A stretch of DNA of 32,326 nt. Origin: Utricularia gibba (taxonomy: Eukaryota; Plantae; Magnoliophyta). The position numbers were made by a program, and so were the translations under genes. The notes below the pieces were generated by a model, which was not told the origin of the DNA, did not search any database, and saw only the letters and a program-made list of their open reading frames with translations. Below are positions 25,501-32,326 of the stretch, one piece after another. Within the stretch, counting starts at the first letter, position 1. Each line of letters starts with the position of its first letter. The stretch is from contig NEEC01000363.1 of NCBI GenBank assembly GCA_002189035.1, positions 1-32,326 on the forward strand. The letters run 5' to 3'.

Positions 25501-28500
25501 ACACCTAAGACACTTTTCGTTGTGGCTTTTTTTAATATGTCCACAGTTATCGGACAAACGTAACTCCAAATTATAATACTTGGAGCTCGAAAAGGGCTTC
25601 CCAACAGTGTGCTATGAAGAGCAAGGATCTGCATGTTATGCAAGAGGTGCTTCGCGGACCAGGATGTGCGACGTAGTCATTTCATTGCGCATCATCATTC
25701 GGGGTGCATCCTAAAAATCACACGTGCACGGGATTCATTAAAAATAAATATTTACGCATATCCAGAGTGTATAACAGTGTTGGGATAAGTGATGCCACGA
25801 AATTCATGATGTAGCATGTGACTTTTTTCCAACTTGATCGCATAGTAGATGAATTCTGACACCATATGTTGATGCATTTAGTTGCTATGATACTTCTGAT
25901 TCTTGATGCACCATTCCCGTATACCATGTCTCTAGTGGCTATTTGATTCTTTTGCCTTGTATTGTTCGCATCAATTTCGAGAACATGAAGCACATTATTA
26001 AATGCAGTCACCACGGAATGCCACGTGAGACACCTTTCGTTGTGGCCCTTTTTTTAATATGTCCACAGTTATCGGACAAACGTAACTCCAAATTATAATA
26101 CTTGGAGCTCGAAAAGGGCTTCCCAACAGTGTGCTATGAAGAGCAAGGATCTGCATGTTATGCAAGAGGTGCTTCGCGGACCAGGATGTGCGACGTAGTC
26201 ATTTCATTGCGCATCATCATTCGGGGTGCATCCTAAAAATCACACGTGCACGGATTCATTAAAAATAAATATTTACGCATATCCAGAGTGTATAACAGTG
26301 TTGGGATAAGTGATGCCACGAAATTCATGATGTAACATGTGACTTTTTTCCATCTTGATCGCATATCCGATGAAGTTTGACACCATATGTTTTGGCTGTT
26401 GATTGATTCAATTAGTTGCTATGATACTTCTGATTCTTGATGCACCATTCCCATACACCATGTCTCTAGTGGCTATTTGATTCTTTTGCCGTGTATCCCA
26501 TTTGCATCAATGTCGAGAACGAAAGCACATTCTTAGACGCAGCCACCAAGAAAGGACACCTAAGACACTTTTCGTTGTGGCTTGTTTTTAATATGTCCAC
26601 AGTTATCGGACAAACGTAACTCCAAATTATAATACTTGGAGCTCGAAAAGGGCTTCCCAACAGTGTGCTATGAAGAGCAAGGATCTGCATGTTATGCAAG
26701 AGGTGCTTCGCGGACCAGGATGTGCGACGTAGTCATTTCATTGCGCATCATCATTCGGGGTGCATCCTAAAAATCACACGTGCACGGGATTCATTAAAAA
26801 TAAATATTTACGCATATCCAGAGTGTATAACAGTGTTGGGATAAGTGATGCCACGAAATTCATGATGTAGCATGTGACTTTTTTCCAACTTGATCGCATA
26901 GTAGATGAATTCTGACACCATATGTTGATGCATTTAGTTGCTATGATACTTCTGATTCTTGATGCACCATTCCCGTATACCATGTCTCTAGTGGCTATTT
27001 GATTCTTTTGCCTTGTATGTTGTTCGCATCAATTTCGAGAACATGAAGCACATTATTAAATGCAGTCACCACGGAATGCCACGTGAGACACCTTTCGTTG
27101 TGGCCCTTTTTTAATATGTCCACAGTTATCGGACAACGTAACTCCAAATTATAATACTTGGAGCTCGAAAAGGGCTTCCCAAGTGTGCTATGAAGAGCAA
27201 GGATCTGCATGTTATGCAAGAGGTGTTTCGCGGACCAGGATGTGCGACGTAGTCATTTCATTGCGCATCACCATTCGGGATGCAGCCGAAAAATCACACG
27301 TGCACCGGATTTGTTAAAAATAAATATTTACGCATATCCTGAGTATACAACAGTGTTGGGATAAGTGATGCCACGAAATTCATGATGTAACATGTGACTT
27401 TTTTCCATCTTGATCGCATATCCGATGAAGTTTGACACCATATGTTTTGGCTGTTGATTGATTCAATTAGTTGCTATGATACTTCTGATTCTTGATGCAC
27501 CATTCCCATACACCATGTCTCTAGTGGCTATTTGATTCTTTTGCCGTGTATCCCATTTGCATCAATGTCGAGAACGAGAAGCACATTCTTAGACGCAGCC
27601 ACCAAGAAAGGACACCTAAGACACTTTTCGTTGTGGCTTGTTTTTAATATGTCCACAGTTATCGGACAAACGTAACTCCAAATTATAATACTTGGAGCTC
27701 GAAAAGGGCTTCCCAACAGTGTGCTATGAAGAGCAAGGATCTGCATGTTATGCAAGAGGTGCTTCGCGGACCAGGATGTGCGACGTAGTCATTTCATTGC
27801 GCATCATCATTCGGGGTGCATCCTAAAAATCACACGTGCACGGGATTCATTAAAAATAAATATTTACGCATATCCAGAGTGTATAACAGTGTTGGGATAA
27901 GTGATGCCACGAAATTCATGATGTAGCATGTGACTTTTTTCCAACTTGATCGCATAGTAGATGAATTCTGACACCATATGTTGATGCATTTAGTTGCTAT
28001 GATACTTCTGATTCTTGATGCACCATTCCCGTATACCATGTCTCTAGTGGCTATTTGATTCTTTTGCCTTGTATGTTGTTCGCATCAATTTCGAGAACAT
28101 GAAGCACATTATTAAATGCAGTCACCACGGAATGCCACGTGAGACACCTTTCGTTGTGGCCCTTTTTTAATATGTCCACAGTTATCGGACAAACGTAACT
28201 CCAAATTATAATACTTGGAGCTCGAAAAGGGCTTCCCAACAGTGTGCTATGAAGAGCAAGGATCTGCATGTTATGCAAGAGGTGTTCGCGGACCAGGATG
28301 TGCGACGTAGTCATTTCATTGCGCATCACCATTCGGGATGCAGCCGAAAAATCACACGTGCACCGGATTTGTTAAAAATAAATATTTACGCATATCCTGA
28401 GTATACAACAGTGTTGGGATAAGTGATGCCACGAAATTCATGATGTAACATGTGACTTTTTTCCATCTTGATCGCATATCGATGAAGTTTGACACCATAT

Positions 28501-31500
28501 GTTTTGGCTGTTGATTGATTCAATTAGTTGCTATGATACTTCTGATTCTTGATGCACCATTCCCATACACCATGTCTCTAGTGGCTATTTGATTCTTTTG
28601 CCGTGTATCCCATTTGCATCAATGTCGAGAACGAGAAGCACATTCTTAGACGCAGCCACCAAGAAAGGACACCTAAGACACTTTTCGTTGTGGCTTGTTT
28701 TTAATATGTCCACAGTTATCGGACAAACGTAACTCCAAATTATAATACTTGGAGCTCGAAAAGGGCTTCCCAACAGTGTGCTATGAAGAGCAAGGATCTG
28801 CATGTTATGCAAGAGGTGCTTCGCGGACCAGGATGTGCGACGTAGTCATTTCATTGCGCATCATCATTCGGGGTGCATCCTAAAAATCACACGTGCACGG
28901 GATTCATTAAAAATAAATATTTACGCATATCCAGAGTGTATAACAGTGTTGGGATAAGTGATGCCACGAAATTCATGATGTAGCATGTGACTTTTTTCCA
29001 ACTTGATCGCATAGTAGATGAATTCTGACACCATATGTTGATGCATTTAGTTGCTATGATACTTCTGATTCTTGATGCACCATTCCCGTATACCATGTCT
29101 CTAGTGGCTATTTGATTCTTTTGCCTTGTATGTTGTTCGCATCAATTTCGAGAACATGAAGCATTATTAAATGCAGTCACCACGGAATGCCACGTGAGAC
29201 ACCTTTCGTTGTGGCCCTTTTTTAATATGTCCACAGTTATCGGACAAACGTAACTCCAAATTATAATACTTGGAGCTCGAAAAGGGCTTCCCAACAGTGT
29301 GCTATGAAGAGCAAGGATCTGCATGTTATGCAAGAGGTGTTCGCGGACCAGGATGTGCGACGTAGTCATTTCATTGCGCATCACCATTCGGGATGCAGCC
29401 GAAAAAATCACACGTGCACCGGATTTGTTAAAAATAAATATTTACGCATATCCTGAGTATACAACAGTGTTGGGATAAGTGATGCCACGAAATTCATGAT
29501 GTAACATGTGACTTTTTTCCATCTTGATCGCATATCCGATGAAGTTTGACACCATATGTTTTGGCTGTTGATTGATTCAATTAGTTGCTATGATACTTCT
29601 GATTCTTGATGCACCATTCCCATACACCATGTCTCTAGTGGCTATTTGATTCTTTTGCCGTGTATCCCATTTGCATCAATGTCGAGAACGAGAAGCACAT
29701 TCTTAGACGCAGCCACCAAGAAAGGACACCTAAGACACTTTTCGTTGTGCTTGTTTTTAATATGTCCACAGTTATCGACAAACGTAACTCCAAATTATAA
29801 TACTTGGAGCTCGAAAAGGGCTTCCCAACAGTGTGCTATGAAGAGCAAGGATCTGCATGTTATGCAAGAGGTGCTTCGCGGACCAGGATGTGCGACGTAG
29901 TCATTTCATTGCGCATCATCATTCGGGGTGCATCCTAAAAATCACACGTGCACGGGATTCATTAAAAATAAATATTTACGCATATCCAGAGTGTATAACA
30001 GTGTTGGGATAAGTGATGCCACGAAATTCATGATGTAGCATGTGACTTTTTTCCAACTTGATCGCATAGTAGATGAATTCTGACACCATATGTTGATGCA
30101 TTTAGTTGCTATGATACTTCTGATTCTTGATGCACCATTCCCGTATACCATGTCTCTAGTGGCTATTTGATTCTTTTGCCTTGTATGTTGTTCGCATCAA
30201 TTTCGAGAACATGAAGCACATTATTAAATGCAGTCACCACGGAATGCCACGTGAGACACCTTTCGTTGTGGCCCTTTTTTAATATGTCCACAGTTATCGG
30301 AAAACGTAACTCCAAATTATAATACTTGGAGCTCGAAAAGGGCTTCCCAACAGTGTGCTATGAAGAGCAAGGATCTGCATGTTATGCAAGAGGTGCTTCG
30401 CGGACCAGGATGTGCGACGTAGTCATTTCATTGCGCATCACATTCGGGATGCAGCCGAAAAATCACACGTGCACCGGATTTGTTAAAAATAAATATTTAC
30501 GCATATCCTGAGTGTACAACAGTGTTGGGATAAGTGATGCCACGAAATTCATGATGTAACATGTGACTTTTTTCCATCTTGATCGCATATCCGATGAAGT
30601 TTGACACCATATGTTTTGGCTGTTGATTGATTCAATTAGTTGCTATGATACTTCTGATTCTTGATGCACCATTCCCATACACCATGTCTCTAGTGGCTAT
30701 TTGATTCTTTTGCCGTGTATCCCATTTGCATCAATGTCGAGAACGAGAAGCACATTCTTAGACGCAGCCACCAAGAAAGGACACCTAAGACACTTTTCGT
30801 TGTGGCTTGTTTTTAATATGTCCACAGTTATCGGACAAACGTAACTCCAAATTATAATACTTGGAGCTCGAAAAGGGCTTCCCAACAGTGTGCTATGAAG
30901 AGCAAGGATCTGCATGTTATGCAAGAGGTGCTTCGCGGACCAGGATGTGCGACGTAGTCATTTCATTGCGCATCATCATTCGGGTGCATCCTAAAAATCA
31001 CACGTGCACGGGATTCATTAAAAATAAATATTTACGCATATCCAGAGTGTATAACAGTGTTGGGATAAGTGATGCCACGAAATTCATGATGTAGCATGTG
31101 ACTTTTTTCCAACTTGATCGCATAGTAGATGAATTCTGACACCATATGTTGATGCATTTAGTTGCTATGATACTTCTGATTCTTGATGCACCATTCCCGT
31201 ATACCATGTCTCTAGTGGCTATTTGATTCTTTTGCCTTGTATGTTGTTCGCATCAATTTTCGAGAACATGAAGCACATTATTAAATGCAGTCACCACGGA
31301 ATGCCACGTGAGACACCTTTCGTTGTGGCCCTTTTTTAATATGTCCACAGTTATCGGACAAACGTAACTCCAAATTATAATACTTGGAGCTCGAAAAGGG
31401 CTTCCCAACAGTGTGCTATGAAGAGCAAGGATCTGCATGTTATGCAAGAGGTGTTCGCGGACCAGGATGTGCGACGTAGTCATTTCATTGCGCATCACCA

Positions 31501-32326
31501 TTCGGGATGCAGCCGAAAAATCACACGTGCACCGGATTTGTTAAAAATAAATATTTACGCATATCCTGAGTATACAACAGTGTTGGGATAAGTGATGCCA
31601 CGAAATTCATGATGTAACATGTGACTTTTTTCCATCTTGATCGCATATCCGATGAAGTTTGACACCATATGTTTTGGCTGTTGATTGATTCAATTAGTTG
31701 CTATGATACTTCTGATTCTTGATGCACCATTCCCATACACCATGTCTCTAGTGGCTATTTGATTCTTTTGCCGTGTATCCCATTTGCATCAATGTCGAGA
31801 ACGAGAAGCACATTCTTAGACGCAGCCACCAAGAAAGGACACCTAAGACACTTTTCGTTGTGGCTTGTTTTTAATATGTCCACAGTTATCGGACAAACGT
31901 AACTCCAAATTATAATACTTGGAGCTCGAAAAGGGCTTCCCAACAGTGTGCTATGAAGAGCAAGGATCTGCATGTTATGCAAGAGGTGCTTCGCGGACCA
32001 GGATGTGCGACGTAGTCATTTCATTGCGCATCATCATTCGGGGTGCATCCTAAAAATCACACGTGCACGGGATTCATTAAAAATAAATATTTACGCATAT
32101 CCAGAGTGTATAACAGTGTTGGGATAAGTGATGCCACGAAATTCATGATGTAGCATGTGACTTTTTTCCAACTTGATCGCATAGTAGATGAATTCTGACA
32201 CCATATGTTGATGCATTTAGTTGCTATGATACTTCTGATTCTTGATGCACCATTCCCGTATACCATGTCTCTAGTGGCTATTTGATTCTTTTGCCTTGTA
32301 TGTTGTTCGCATCAATTTCGAGAACA

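Larger units (their letters stand above)
1..32326. repeat. Tandem (satellite-type) array of ~530-bp monomers filling the whole window, organised mainly as a 1,059-bp A/B dimer
   Basis: The junction motif recurs at 1, 536, 1059, 1595, 2117, 2654, 3177, 3713 ... 31045, 31568, 32104. This gives 61 complete monomers plus a partial last one, all in the same orientation. The ORF track repeats with a ~1,059-bp period (489/1548/2607; 710/1769/2828). Confidence 0.99.

Noticed and set aside
1-32326. All ORFs in the supplied track as real CDS (69-aa MVYGNG..., 75-aa MHNMQ..., 61-68-aa MELEKG..., etc.)
   Set aside because: They are short, overlap on both strands, recur only because of the repeat and have no recognisable domain. 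A/B differences look neutral, and many copies are frameshifted.
1-32326. CRISPR array or other repeat-spacer system
   Set aside because: The constant block is over 120 bp and the 'variable' parts are only two homologous alternatives, not unique spacers. No cas genes are present.
1-32326. Assignment to a named satellite of similar monomer length (e.g. the 528-bp khipu repeat of Phaseolus)
   Set aside because: The similarity is in size only. I cannot confirm sequence identity without a database search.

Overview
The whole 32,326-bp window is one head-to-tail tandem array with no unique flank and no supportable gene. Using the recurring junction GAGT(G/A)TA(T/C)AACAGTGTTGGGATAAG, I count by hand 61 complete monomers (481-550 bp) plus a partial one. 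There are two monomer types, A (536 bp) and B (523 bp). They differ by about 45 substitutions and one 13-bp indel (about 91% identity) and mostly alternate, giving a 1,059-bp dimeric higher-order repeat. A/B divergence is very uneven: a 95-bp block has about 23 substitutions and is directly followed by a 121-bp block with none. That invariant block holds several overlapping hairpins and one arm of an 11/12-bp inverted repeat that resembles transposon termini. Copies of the same type carry almost no private substitutions. Their differences are small indels or A/B mosaics, so the array is either very young or homogenised, a concatemer of one 1,059-bp circle, or partly a long-read consensus artefact. 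The ORF track only reflects the repeat. The host organism cannot be determined from this window.
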